Shown here piece by piece: positions 29,021 to 36,997 of a DNA stretch of 64,000 nucleotides. The position numbers were made by a program, and so were the translations under genes. Positions within the stretch are counted from its first letter, which is position 1, and the number at the start of each line of letters is the position of its first letter. The stretch is from assembly GCA_022865485.1 (NCBI GenBank), contig JALHSZ010000025.1:2865-66864 (forward strand), given 5' to 3'. The notes beneath the pieces were generated by a model. That model saw only the letters and a list, made by a program, of their open reading frames with translations. It ran no database searches and had not been told where the DNA came from. The DNA is from Dehalococcoidales bacterium. GTDB lineage: Bacteria > Chloroflexota > Dehalococcoidia > Dehalococcoidales > BS750m-G39.

Positions 29021-29305
29021 ATGCAATCACCTTCAGTATCTTCAGGTCCTGTTGTCTTTTGGGCACTCATAGCTGCTTTCTACTTAGTGTTAGCAATAAT
29101 GACATGGGTAAAAGGCAGGTCTGTTATAAAGGCTCTATATGCATTGAAGTCACCGAGAGATAGCCTCACGTCCTATTCAGAAGAATTGAAAAAGGAAGTT
29201 GGTCTCGAAAGCACATTGTATGCGGCATACAAAGCTATGATCATCACAGAAATAGCTGGGTTCGTACTTGCCGCCATAGCAGCCGTAATATCGGGATTGT
29301 GCTAA
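29021..29305 (+). CDS. Hypothetical small membrane protein (two TM helices)
   Basis: It has a strong SD motif and a -10 element. Hydrophobic segments sit at both ends. I recognise no family. Confidence 0.5.
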   Translation: MQSPSVSSGPVVFWALIAAFYLVLAIMTWVKGRSVIKALYALKSPRDSLTSYSEELKKEVGLESTLYAAYKAMIITEIAGFVLAAIAAVISGLC

Positions 29306-29689
29306 CTCAAGCCTTACCCGCCGCGAACCCCACCCCCCTTGAAGTAATTCTGGGGCGCACTATATATGTTATGTGAACTCCGTATTGAGAAAAGCCAAAG
29401 CCGCTGCCCTCTCCGACCTCTCTGCCGGCACTGATTAACCTGCAATCACAGCGTGTGCAACTGATTTGCTAATCTAACCAGGCAAATGTTTGCCGCACTC
29501 GCTCTGAAGTATCAGGTCGAGCCTTCTTTGAGCCTCTGAGAGCCACGAGGTTTCATTGTCGGCCCGCTAAACCGCCCTTTGCCAAGCAAATCAAGGCGTT
29601 TTTACACGTCACAGACATTTATCCGGGATATTTCGGTGTGTTGGTGGCTACAGACACCTGCTCAAACCAGCGCTATTTTCTCGAAAAAT

Positions 29690-29743
29690 GGCAAAAAATA
29701 AGGGGCTTACAACATTATGTTTAGTTGTTGTTGCGAAGCCCCC
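29690..29743 (-). terminator. Rho-independent terminator closing the fdhA/tRNA-Met transcription unit
   Basis: On the minus strand: GGGGCTT..ACAACA..TGTTGT..AAGCCCC, a compound hairpin followed by TTATTTTTTGCCATTTTT. Confidence 0.5.
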
Positions 29744-29847
29744 ACGCCTGAGGGTTGTGCCTAGCTTTACAATAACCAGTTAAAATGACCTAGGAGGTTG
29801 ATACTTTATGTCAAATCCCCTGCTGGGGTAATGGGGTAATAAGGAAG

Positions 29848-29919
29848 TGGGCTCGGTAGGGTTCGAACCTACGACCAATCGGTTATGAGCCGACCGCTCT
29901 GCCGCTGAGCTACGAGCCC
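29848..29919 (-). tRNA. tRNA-Met (anticodon CAT; could be a lysidine-modified tRNA-Ile2), CCA not encoded
   Basis: The reverse complement reads GGGCTCGTAGCTCAGCGGCAGAGC G GTCGG CTCATAA CCGAT TGGTC GTAGG TTCGAAC CCTAC CGAGCCC A. G1-C72 are paired and there is no GGG/CCC anticodon stem, so it is not an initiator tRNA. Confidence 0.85.
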
Positions 29920-29936
29920 ACTAAAAGAGCAACAAA

Positions 29937-29965
29937 ATTATACTACGTAAGGTTGGGGTTAACAA
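29937..29965 (-). promoter_or_regulatory. Sigma70-like promoter for tRNA-Met
   Basis: On the minus strand: TTGTTA, a 17-nt spacer, then TATAAT. It lies between the fdhA stop and the tRNA. Confidence 0.45.
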
Positions 29966-29983
29966 GACGGTGTGGCGGCTAAG

Positions 29984-32722
29984 CTATGCCTTTTCTACCC
30001 TCACGGCACAGACCTTGTACTCGGGTATCTTGGCTACCGGGTCGAGGGCAGGATTGGTCAACCTGTTAGCCGGGCTTTCGGCGAAGTGGAAGGTCATAAA
30101 GACCACCCCCGCCGGCGAAACCTCGGTCACATTAGCTTTAGTCACCACCTCCCCCCGCCGTGAAACGACCTTTACCCTGTCGCCGTCGGCAATGCCCAGT
30201 TTAGCGGCATCGGCGGGGTTTATCTCCACCTCTCCTTCCTTCTTCAAGACGTTCAGTCCTGCCACCTTGCGGGTCATGGTGCCGGTGTGGAAGTGATAGA
30301 GGCTGCGCCCGGTGGTCAACACCAGCGGGTACTGCTTATCGGGCAGCTCCATCGGCGGCTTATATTCCAGCGGTATAAACTGCCCCTTGCCGCGGGTAAA
30401 CTGCTGGGTATGCAGTATAGGCGTCCCCGGGTGTTCGGGAGTGGGACAGGGCCACTGCAAGCCGCCCTTTTCCAGGCGCTTATAGCTAATCCCCCCGTAG
30501 CTGGGGGTAAGCGACGCAATCTCCTCCATAATCTGGGAAGCATTCTTAAAGTAGAAGCCCTTACCGCCCATCTTTTTACCGACCTGGCAGCTAATTTCCC
30601 AGTCGGCTCGGCTTTCCCCTATCGGCTCCACCGCTTTCCTTACCCTCTGCACCCGCCGTTCTGTATTGGTGAAGGTGCCATTTTTCTCGGCAAAGCTAAC
30701 CCCGGGCAGGATGACATCGGCCAGTTTCGCCGTCTCGGAGAGAAAGATGTCCTGCACCACCAGGAACTCAAGCTTATCCAGCGCCTCTTCGGCGTGGGTG
30801 ATATCGGGCTCGCTGAGCAGCGGGTTCTCCCCGATAAGGTACATCGCCTTTATCTTGCCCTTATAAGCGGCTTCGACAATCTCGGTGACGGGCAGCCCTA
30901 CTGACGGCGAAAGTGAGCCGCCCCAGGCAGCCTCGAACTTACTCTTGACCTTGGCGTCGGTCACTGCCTGGTAACCGGGATAGACGTTGGGCAAAGCCCC
31001 CATATCGCAGGCACCCTGGACGTTATTCTGCCCCCTCAAGGGGTTCACCCCCGACGCCGGTTTGCCGATGTTGCCGGTGAGCATGGCCAGGTTGGCGGTA
31101 GCGATAACGTTATCCGTGCCGTGGGAGTGCTGGGTAATGCCCATGGCATAGAGGATAGCCGACGGCTTCTTGGTGGCGTATATCCGGGCCGCCTCGGCTA
31201 TCTTCTCTTTGGGCACGCCCGTAATCCTTGCTACGGAATCAAGGTCGAAGCCTTTAAGCGCTACTTTGAAGGCGTCGAAGTTCTCACACCTCTTGTCGAT
31301 GAAAGCCTGGTCGAGCAGACCTTCTTCCACGATAATCCGCATCATACCCATTAAAAGGGCGACATCGCTGCCCGGGTTATGCTGCAGCCAGAGGTAAGAC
31401 CAGCGCACCAGGTCGATTTCGCGCGGGTTAGCCACAATCAGCCTGGCACCATTGTCCACCGCCCGCTTTAGCTCCAGGGCGATGATGGGGTGGGCTTCGG
31501 TGGTGTTGGTGCCGATGGCAAAGATACAGCCGGCATCCCGGAACTCGCTGATGGAGTTGGTCATCGCCCCGCTGCCGAAGCTCTGCACTAATCCGGCCAC
31601 GGTGGGAGCGTGACAGAGGCGCGCGCAGTGGTCGACATTATTGGTCTTTAAGACGACACGGGCAAACTTCTGGGCGACGTAGTTGTCCTCGTTGGTGCAC
31701 TTGGCTGAAGAAACCACCGCCAGTTCGTCGGGCTTATAACCGCCCAGCTTGGTGGCGACCAGCTCCAGCGCCTCATCCCAGCTTGCCTCGGCGAATTTTC
31801 CGTTCTTCTTGATGAGCGGGTATTTCAGCCTGTCTTCGTGGTGAATGAAGTCAAAACCGAACCGCCCCTTAACGCATAAGAAACCGTTATTGACCGTGCC
31901 TTCCCGCTTCCCCCGCACGCTCATTACCTTCCCGTCGCGCACGCCCAGATACATCCCGCAGCCGACCCCGCAGTAGGTGCAGGTGGTAGCCACCTCCTCC
32001 GTGGGGCGCTCGGTCACCTTAGGCATAAGCGCCCCCACCGGGCAATGGACAACGCACTCCCCGCAGGAAACACAATTGGAATCTATTATCGGCTTATCGC
32101 CAAAGGTGGCGACCTTGCTGCCGAAGCCGCGGTTGATTATCGCCACCGCCCCCACCCCCAGCACCTCGTCGCAAACCCGCACGCACTTACCGCAGAGAAC
32201 GCACTTATCCAGGTCGCGGTAGAAGAAGGGATTGCTGGTATCAACCGGGTAAGACCGCTCCGTATGCTTAAAGGGCAGCTCGGTAATGCCCAGGTAGTCA
32301 ACGATATCCTGCAACTCGCAGTGCTCGTTCTTGGCGCAGGTTACGCAGCGCTCGGTCACGGCCACATTACGCAGGCAGATGTCGAAAGGCCCGCAACGCT
32401 TTCGCCGGTGGCAAATCAGGCATTCGCTGGGGTGGTCGGATAAGAGCAACTCGACGACGGTGCGGCGCACCTCGTTTACGGCATCGGTGTTGGTTTTAAC
32501 CACCATACCCTCGGTGACAGGAGTGGTGCATGAGGTGGGAAAGCCGCGCAACTTCTCAATCTCGACAATGCAAAGGCGGCAGCCGCCGTAGGGTTTAAGG
32601 TCGGGGTCGGCGCAAAGGGTGGGAATATAGATACCCGCCGACCGGGCGGCTTCGAGCACGGTCATCCCCGGCTTGGCTTTAACCTCCTGGCCGTCGATAG
32701 TTAGCCTGATTTCCTCCAACAT
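29984..32722 (-). CDS. fdhA: Formate dehydrogenase catalytic subunit (Mo/W-bisPGD, NuoG-like N-terminus), cysteine variant
   Basis: The N-terminus has a 2Fe-2S domain plus several 4Fe-4S motifs. The MopB core contains the active-site stretch VDHCARLCHAPTV, which has Cys and no in-frame TGA. 912 aa. Confidence 0.9.
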   Translation of the reverse strand: MLEEIRLTIDGQEVKAKPGMTVLEAARSAGIYIPTLCADPDLKPYGGCRLCIVEIEKLRGFPTSCTTPVTEGMVVKTNTDAVNEVRRTVVELLLSDHPSECLICHRRKRCGPFDICLRNVAVTERCVTCAKNEHCELQDIVDYLGITELPFKHTERSYPVDTSNPFFYRDLDKCVLCGKCVRVCDEVLGVGAVAIINRGFGSKVATFGDKPIIDSNCVSCGECVVHCPVGALMPKVTERPTEEVATTCTYCGVGCGMYLGVRDGKVMSVRGKREGTVNNGFLCVKGRFGFDFIHHEDRLKYPLIKKNGKFAEASWDEALELVATKLGGYKPDELAVVSSAKCTNEDNYVAQKFARVVLKTNNVDHCARLCHAPTVAGLVQSFGSGAMTNSISEFRDAGCIFAIGTNTTEAHPIIALELKRAVDNGARLIVANPREIDLVRWSYLWLQHNPGSDVALLMGMMRIIVEEGLLDQAFIDKRCENFDAFKVALKGFDLDSVARITGVPKEKIAEAARIYATKKPSAILYAMGITQHSHGTDNVIATANLAMLTGNIGKPASGVNPLRGQNNVQGACDMGALPNVYPGYQAVTDAKVKSKFEAAWGGSLSPSVGLPVTEIVEAAYKGKIKAMYLIGENPLLSEPDITHAEEALDKLEFLVVQDIFLSETAKLADVILPGVSFAEKNGTFTNTERRVQRVRKAVEPIGESRADWEISCQVGKKMGGKGFYFKNASQIMEEIASLTPSYGGISYKRLEKGGLQWPCPTPEHPGTPILHTQQFTRGKGQFIPLEYKPPMELPDKQYPLVLTTGRSLYHFHTGTMTRKVAGLNVLKKEGEVEINPADAAKLGIADGDRVKVVSRRGEVVTKANVTEVSPAGVVFMTFHFAESPANRLTNPALDPVAKIPEYKVCAVRVEKA

Positions 32723-32734
32723 AGCCTCCTTACG

Positions 32735-35647
32735 CTACTCCTCTCTCTCCTCAAGGTCGCATCTCAGGCACCGCTCCGCCTCTTTAATAGCCATCTTCTG
32801 GCTCAAGCCCAGCTCTACGTTCTCGAAATTCTTAATCCGTTCTTTGGCGGGTGGTGCCGGTATCTCCACCCGCATCTCCTCCTCCGTCTCCTCCAGCGGC
32901 GCCATCGCCTCCTCAGGCGGTGCCAGTGTCTCGTCGATATCCCCCCCACCCCCCAGATATTTATCGATAGATATCGCCGCCAGCCGGCCGTGGGCAATGG
33001 CTTCAATCACCGAAGCCGGTCCCTTGACCACGTCGCCGCCGGCAAAAACCCCTTCTTTAGTCGTCACCAGGCTATCGGGGTCGACCTCGATGGTACTACC
33101 CCGCCCCAGCGAAAGGCTAAAGCGAGATGGAATCTCCGGCCTCTGGCCTATAGCGGCAATAATAGTGTCGAAGCTCATCGCGAACTCGTTACCCTCGATA
33201 GGCTCGGGGCGGCGCCGTCCGCTGGCGTCAATATCACCCAGGCTCATGGCGAGGCACCCCAGCAACAGCTTGCCGTTCTTAGTGGTTATCCTCGAAGGCG
33301 CCGCCAGGAAACGCATCTTGACGCCTTCTTCTATAGCCCCTTCTATTTCCTCGGCGCTGGCGGGTATCTCCTCCTGAGTGCGGCGGTAAACGATGGTCAC
33401 CTCTTTAGCGCTCAGCCGCAGGGCGGTTCGCGCCGAATCTATAGCCGCGTTACCGCCGCCGATGACGGCCACCCCCTCCCCCACATCCACCTTCTTGCCC
33501 AGGCTCACCTCGCGCAAAAAGGTCACGCAGTCCATCACCCCCGGGCTATTCTCGCCCTTGACCCCTATCTTGAGGCCCTGGTGCGCGCCCGTAGCCAGGA
33601 AGACGGCGTCGTAGCCCAGAGTAAATAACTCGTCCGTAGATTCGATTTTTGTATTTGTCTTTATGTCAACTCCAACCGCCTCAATCTCCCTGATGTCGTT
33701 TTGCAGCACATCCTTGGGCAGGCGGTAATCGGGAATAGCCACCCTCATCATGCCCCCCGCCTCAGGCAGGGCTTCGAATACGGTAACTTTATGCCCCAGC
33801 TTGGCCAGATAGAAAGCGGCGGTAAGCCCGGCCGGACCCGAGCCGACGATAGCCACCCGCTTACCGGTTTCGGGAGCAATCCTTGAGTTTTGCTTCCACA
33901 TACCGCTATCGTTGTCAACGGCAAAGCGCTTGAGCACCCTGATGCCGATAGCCTCGTCGAGCAGCCCCCGACGGCACTTAGCCTCGCAGGGATGGATACA
34001 GACATAGCCGCAGACCGAGGGGAAGGGAATCTTCTCCCTGATTACAGCTACCGCCTCGCCCGGTTTGCCCTTGGCGATAAAGCGGATATAGCGGGGCGCA
34101 TCCACGCCCGCAGGACAGGTATGGCTACAGGGAGCACTGACCAGCCCCTCGCACACCGCCGCCCGGCAGTGGTGGTTCTTGATATGCTCCTCGTATTCGT
34201 CGCGGAAATAGCGGATGGTGGTCAGCACCGTGTTAGGCGCCGTCTGCCCCAGCCCACAGAGCGAGCCGGCTTTAATCTGCTCGCTCAAACTCAGCAGCAG
34301 GTCGATGTCCTCCAGCTTGCCCCGGCCGTGGGTGATATCGTTGAGGATGTCCAGCATCTGCTTCGTCCCCAAACGGCAGGGAACACACTTACCGCAGGAC
34401 TCGTCTTGGGTAAAGGAGAGGAAGTAGCGGGCGACGTCGACCATGCAGGTATCCTCGTCCATGACCACCATACCCCCCGACCCCATGATGGAACCAGCCT
34501 GCGTCAGCGAATCATAGTCAACGGGTAGATTCAACAGGCTGGCCGGCAGACAACCGCCGGAAGGACCGCCGGTCTGAACCGCCTTGAAACGCTTATTATT
34601 AGGGATGCCGCCGCCAATACCGTAGATAATCTCCTGCAGGGGAATGCCCATAGGCACTTCAATAAGTCCGGTACGCACTATCTTGCCGGCCAGGGCGAAG
34701 GTCTTGGTGCCCTTGCTCTTCTCCGAGCCGTAGCCAGCATACCACTCAGCGCCCTTTTGTAAGATGGCTGATACGTTCCCCCAGGTTTCCACGTTATTGA
34801 TATTGGTTGGTTTGCCCCAGAGCCCGGCTTGAGCCGGAAAAGGTGGACGGGAGCGAGGCATGCCCCGCTTACCCTCAATAGACGCCATCAGTGCGGTCTC
34901 CTCGCCGCAGACAAAAGCTCCCGCCCCTTGTTTAATCTTGAGGTGAAAGCTGAAACTTGAACCCAGGATATTATCGCCCAGCAGACCAAAATCCTCCATC
35001 TGGCTGATGGCCAGTTTCAGACGTTCAATAGCCAGCGGATATTCAGCCCGGATATAGACATAGCCTTGGCTGGACCCAATAGCGTAAGCGCCGATGACTA
35101 TCCCCTCCAGGACAGTATGAGGGTCGCCCTCCAGCAAAGAACGGTTCATAAAGGCACCAGGATCTCCTTCATCAGCGTTGCAAATCACGTACTTTAATGT
35201 TCCCGTAGCCTTACGACAGAATTCCCATTTTTGGCCGGTGGAAAAGCCAGCCCCTCCCCGTCCCCGCAAGCCGGACTTCTTTATCTCGTCAATCACCTCT
35301 TCCGGCGTCATTCCCAGCGCTCTGACCAGGCCGCTATAGCCGTCCCGGGCAATATAATGGTTGATTCTCTGCGGGTCAATAATCCCGCAGTTACGCAGGG
35401 CGATGCGCACCTGAGGTTTAAGCATGGGCAGCTCGAAGAGCTCGGGAATATCCTTAACACCCTCTCCATCTACCGTGCCCAGAGCCAGGTCAGGACGAGG
35501 ATTATCCTTGACCAGATAGTCATTAATAAGCTCGGTGGCAATTTCCGGCGTAACGTTACCATAGTAAATATGGGGACGACCGGGCTTAATGATATTAATC
35601 AGTGGCTCGATGTAGCAAAGCCCGATGCAGCCGACCTGGATAACCAT
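32735..35647 (-). CDS. NuoF/HydB-like NAD(H)-FMN-FeS subunit fused to a C-terminal GltD/NfnB-like NADPH:FAD module
   Basis: The NuoF core has GRGGAGFSTG, CNADEGDPGAF and ESCGKCVPCR. The GltD part has PCSHTCPAGVD...CIHPCEAKC, VAIVGSGPAGLTAAFYL, VIGGGNAAIDSA and VFAGGDV. Confidence 0.85.
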   Translation of the reverse strand: MVIQVGCIGLCYIEPLINIIKPGRPHIYYGNVTPEIATELINDYLVKDNPRPDLALGTVDGEGVKDIPELFELPMLKPQVRIALRNCGIIDPQRINHYIARDGYSGLVRALGMTPEEVIDEIKKSGLRGRGGAGFSTGQKWEFCRKATGTLKYVICNADEGDPGAFMNRSLLEGDPHTVLEGIVIGAYAIGSSQGYVYIRAEYPLAIERLKLAISQMEDFGLLGDNILGSSFSFHLKIKQGAGAFVCGEETALMASIEGKRGMPRSRPPFPAQAGLWGKPTNINNVETWGNVSAILQKGAEWYAGYGSEKSKGTKTFALAGKIVRTGLIEVPMGIPLQEIIYGIGGGIPNNKRFKAVQTGGPSGGCLPASLLNLPVDYDSLTQAGSIMGSGGMVVMDEDTCMVDVARYFLSFTQDESCGKCVPCRLGTKQMLDILNDITHGRGKLEDIDLLLSLSEQIKAGSLCGLGQTAPNTVLTTIRYFRDEYEEHIKNHHCRAAVCEGLVSAPCSHTCPAGVDAPRYIRFIAKGKPGEAVAVIREKIPFPSVCGYVCIHPCEAKCRRGLLDEAIGIRVLKRFAVDNDSGMWKQNSRIAPETGKRVAIVGSGPAGLTAAFYLAKLGHKVTVFEALPEAGGMMRVAIPDYRLPKDVLQNDIREIEAVGVDIKTNTKIESTDELFTLGYDAVFLATGAHQGLKIGVKGENSPGVMDCVTFLREVSLGKKVDVGEGVAVIGGGNAAIDSARTALRLSAKEVTIVYRRTQEEIPASAEEIEGAIEEGVKMRFLAAPSRITTKNGKLLLGCLAMSLGDIDASGRRRPEPIEGNEFAMSFDTIIAAIGQRPEIPSRFSLSLGRGSTIEVDPDSLVTTKEGVFAGGDVVKGPASVIEAIAHGRLAAISIDKYLGGGGDIDETLAPPEEAMAPLEETEEEMRVEIPAPPAKERIKNFENVELGLSQKMAIKEAERCLRCDLEEREE

Positions 35648-35656
35648 AGCCTTGAT

Positions 35657-35821
35657 TTAATGCCGTGCCAGTTCGCGGTTGATAGTCGCCAGCACCGCCG
35701 TGGCACCCGCCGCCAGGCCGCAGGTACCCGCCCCAACCAAGATACGGGGCTTATCGCTCTGCTCCAGAGCCTCCCATTCGGCTAGCGCTTGCTTGCGAAT
35801 CTCGTCAAAAGTCGCCATCAT
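35657..35821 (-). CDS. 54-aa ORF encoding the first half of the thioredoxin-like FeS domain of the downstream NuoF-like protein. It is separated from that protein by an in-frame TAA.
   Basis: The peptide is MMATFDEIRKQALAEWEALEQSDKPRILVGAGTCGLAAGATAVLATINRELARH, then TAA. Three codons later comes ATG 35647 in the same frame. A GAGG SD motif lies before the ATGATG. Confidence 0.55.
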   Translation of the reverse strand: MMATFDEIRKQALAEWEALEQSDKPRILVGAGTCGLAAGATAVLATINRELARH

Positions 35822-35836
35822 ACCTCGTCATGTCGG

Positions 35837-36343
35837 CTATTTAGTCTTACCGAGTATTTGAGCCACCCGGGTAGTGGTCATTCGTCCGTAAACGTTTTTA
35901 TCAACCACCATCACCGGCGCTAAGGCACAGGAGCCAAAGCAGGCAATGGTTTCCAGGGTATTCTCCATGTCGTTGGTAGTCTCTCCCGGTTTAATACCCA
36001 GCTGTCTTTCTACTTCCCGCAGGATGCGCACCCCACCCCGCACATGGCAGGCCGTCCCCCGGCACACCGTTATCTTATTCCGGCCGGTGGGAGCAAGCTT
36101 AAACTGAGCGTAAAAGGTGCTCACCCCGAAGACGGTGCTCTCGGGCAGCTTAAGAAATCTGGCGAATTTCTGCATCGCCTCGGCGGGCAGATAGCCGAAC
36201 TTCCCCTGAGCTTCCTGGAGTATGGGAATAAGGTTGCTGCTATCCCGGCTGCAGTTAGCGGTTATTCTCTCCGACTCTTTAGCGATATCAAGTTCCAATG
36301 GCGCGCTTAACCCCCTTCCGGCAACAGTCTGACTAACTTCCAA
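35837..36343 (-). CDS. NuoE/HydC-like thioredoxin-fold [2Fe-2S] subunit
   Basis: Contains VCRGTACHVRGG and TIACFGSCALAPVM. The start may instead be a TTG about 45 nt downstream, just after the upstream stop. Confidence 0.85.
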   Translation of the reverse strand: MEVSQTVAGRGLSAPLELDIAKESERITANCSRDSSNLIPILQEAQGKFGYLPAEAMQKFARFLKLPESTVFGVSTFYAQFKLAPTGRNKITVCRGTACHVRGGVRILREVERQLGIKPGETTNDMENTLETIACFGSCALAPVMVVDKNVYGRMTTTRVAQILGKTK

Positions 36344-36972
36344 GCGATTCTCTCGCAGAGCACGTTTATGTCCTCGATAGACAGGTAATCGGAAACGGTA
36401 GCATCGAACAGTATGCTGCCGTCAGGGGGAAACTCCTCATCGCCCCGCCAGAGGACAAAGGTTATGGGCACACGCTTGAAGGCGTTTATGGTCACGGCCA
36501 TATCGCCGTAATCGGCTTTATCGCCGCCCAGCTCTTTAGCGGCCTCTATCAGCTTCGCTGGCTGACCCCCGAAATGGTCGACGAGCGGCTTTATCGCCCT
36601 CTTGTGGAAGGTACGGAAATAGCTAACTCCCTCGGGCAATTCCTTATAGGCTATCGACTTATTGGCTATAGGTGTGCCCTTGGCTTGAACTAGATAGTGA
36701 AGCAGCAGAATCTTGTCCTTCAAGGGCACCTCTTCACCGCTATCCGGCAGGGAAATGTCCACCCCGGGCAGGCTGATTCGATAGGTGCGGTTCAGGTAGT
36801 CAAGGGTGATTACGGGATGAGAATCTATTATCTTGTACTCGGCGCCGCTGTTGAGACAAAGTCGCTCAATGCCGTCAGCCTCCGCCAGCTGCTGGCTGGC
36901 AATCTTATAAGCAAGATTATAGCCGTATTCGTAATTCTTTCCGTCAGGCACCGAGAGCAAACTGCTATTCAT
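36307..36972 (-). CDS. Hypothetical protein, probably DUF3786 family
   Basis: Assigned from its position inside the acs/metF cluster and from my recollection of DUF3786-like sequences (LLLHYL..., YKELPEG..Y...F). It has no Cys-rich motif. Confidence 0.4.
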   Translation of the reverse strand: MNSSLLSVPDGKNYEYGYNLAYKIASQQLAEADGIERLCLNSGAEYKIIDSHPVITLDYLNRTYRISLPGVDISLPDSGEEVPLKDKILLLHYLVQAKGTPIANKSIAYKELPEGVSYFRTFHKRAIKPLVDHFGGQPAKLIEAAKELGGDKADYGDMAVTINAFKRVPITFVLWRGDEEFPPDGSILFDATVSDYLSIEDINVLCERIAWKLVRLLPEGG

Positions 36973-36997
36973 CCTGCAATCAGACTAGCCGCTATAA

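Noticed and set aside
29808-29831. A seven-codon mini-ORF (MSNPLLG) with a perfect TAGGAGGT SD motif 10 nt upstream, followed by the tandem repeat TGGGGTAA x2, next to the tRNA-Met 3' end.
   Set aside because: It is too short to support as a gene from sequence alone, and no attenuator-like alternative structures are evident. It is recorded only as a curiosity inside the islet.
29984-32722. A possible selenocysteine (in-frame TGA) in the formate dehydrogenase.
   Set aside because: The ORF is uninterrupted, and the active-site stretch reads VDHCARLCHAPTV with Cys at the expected position. No SECIS is required.
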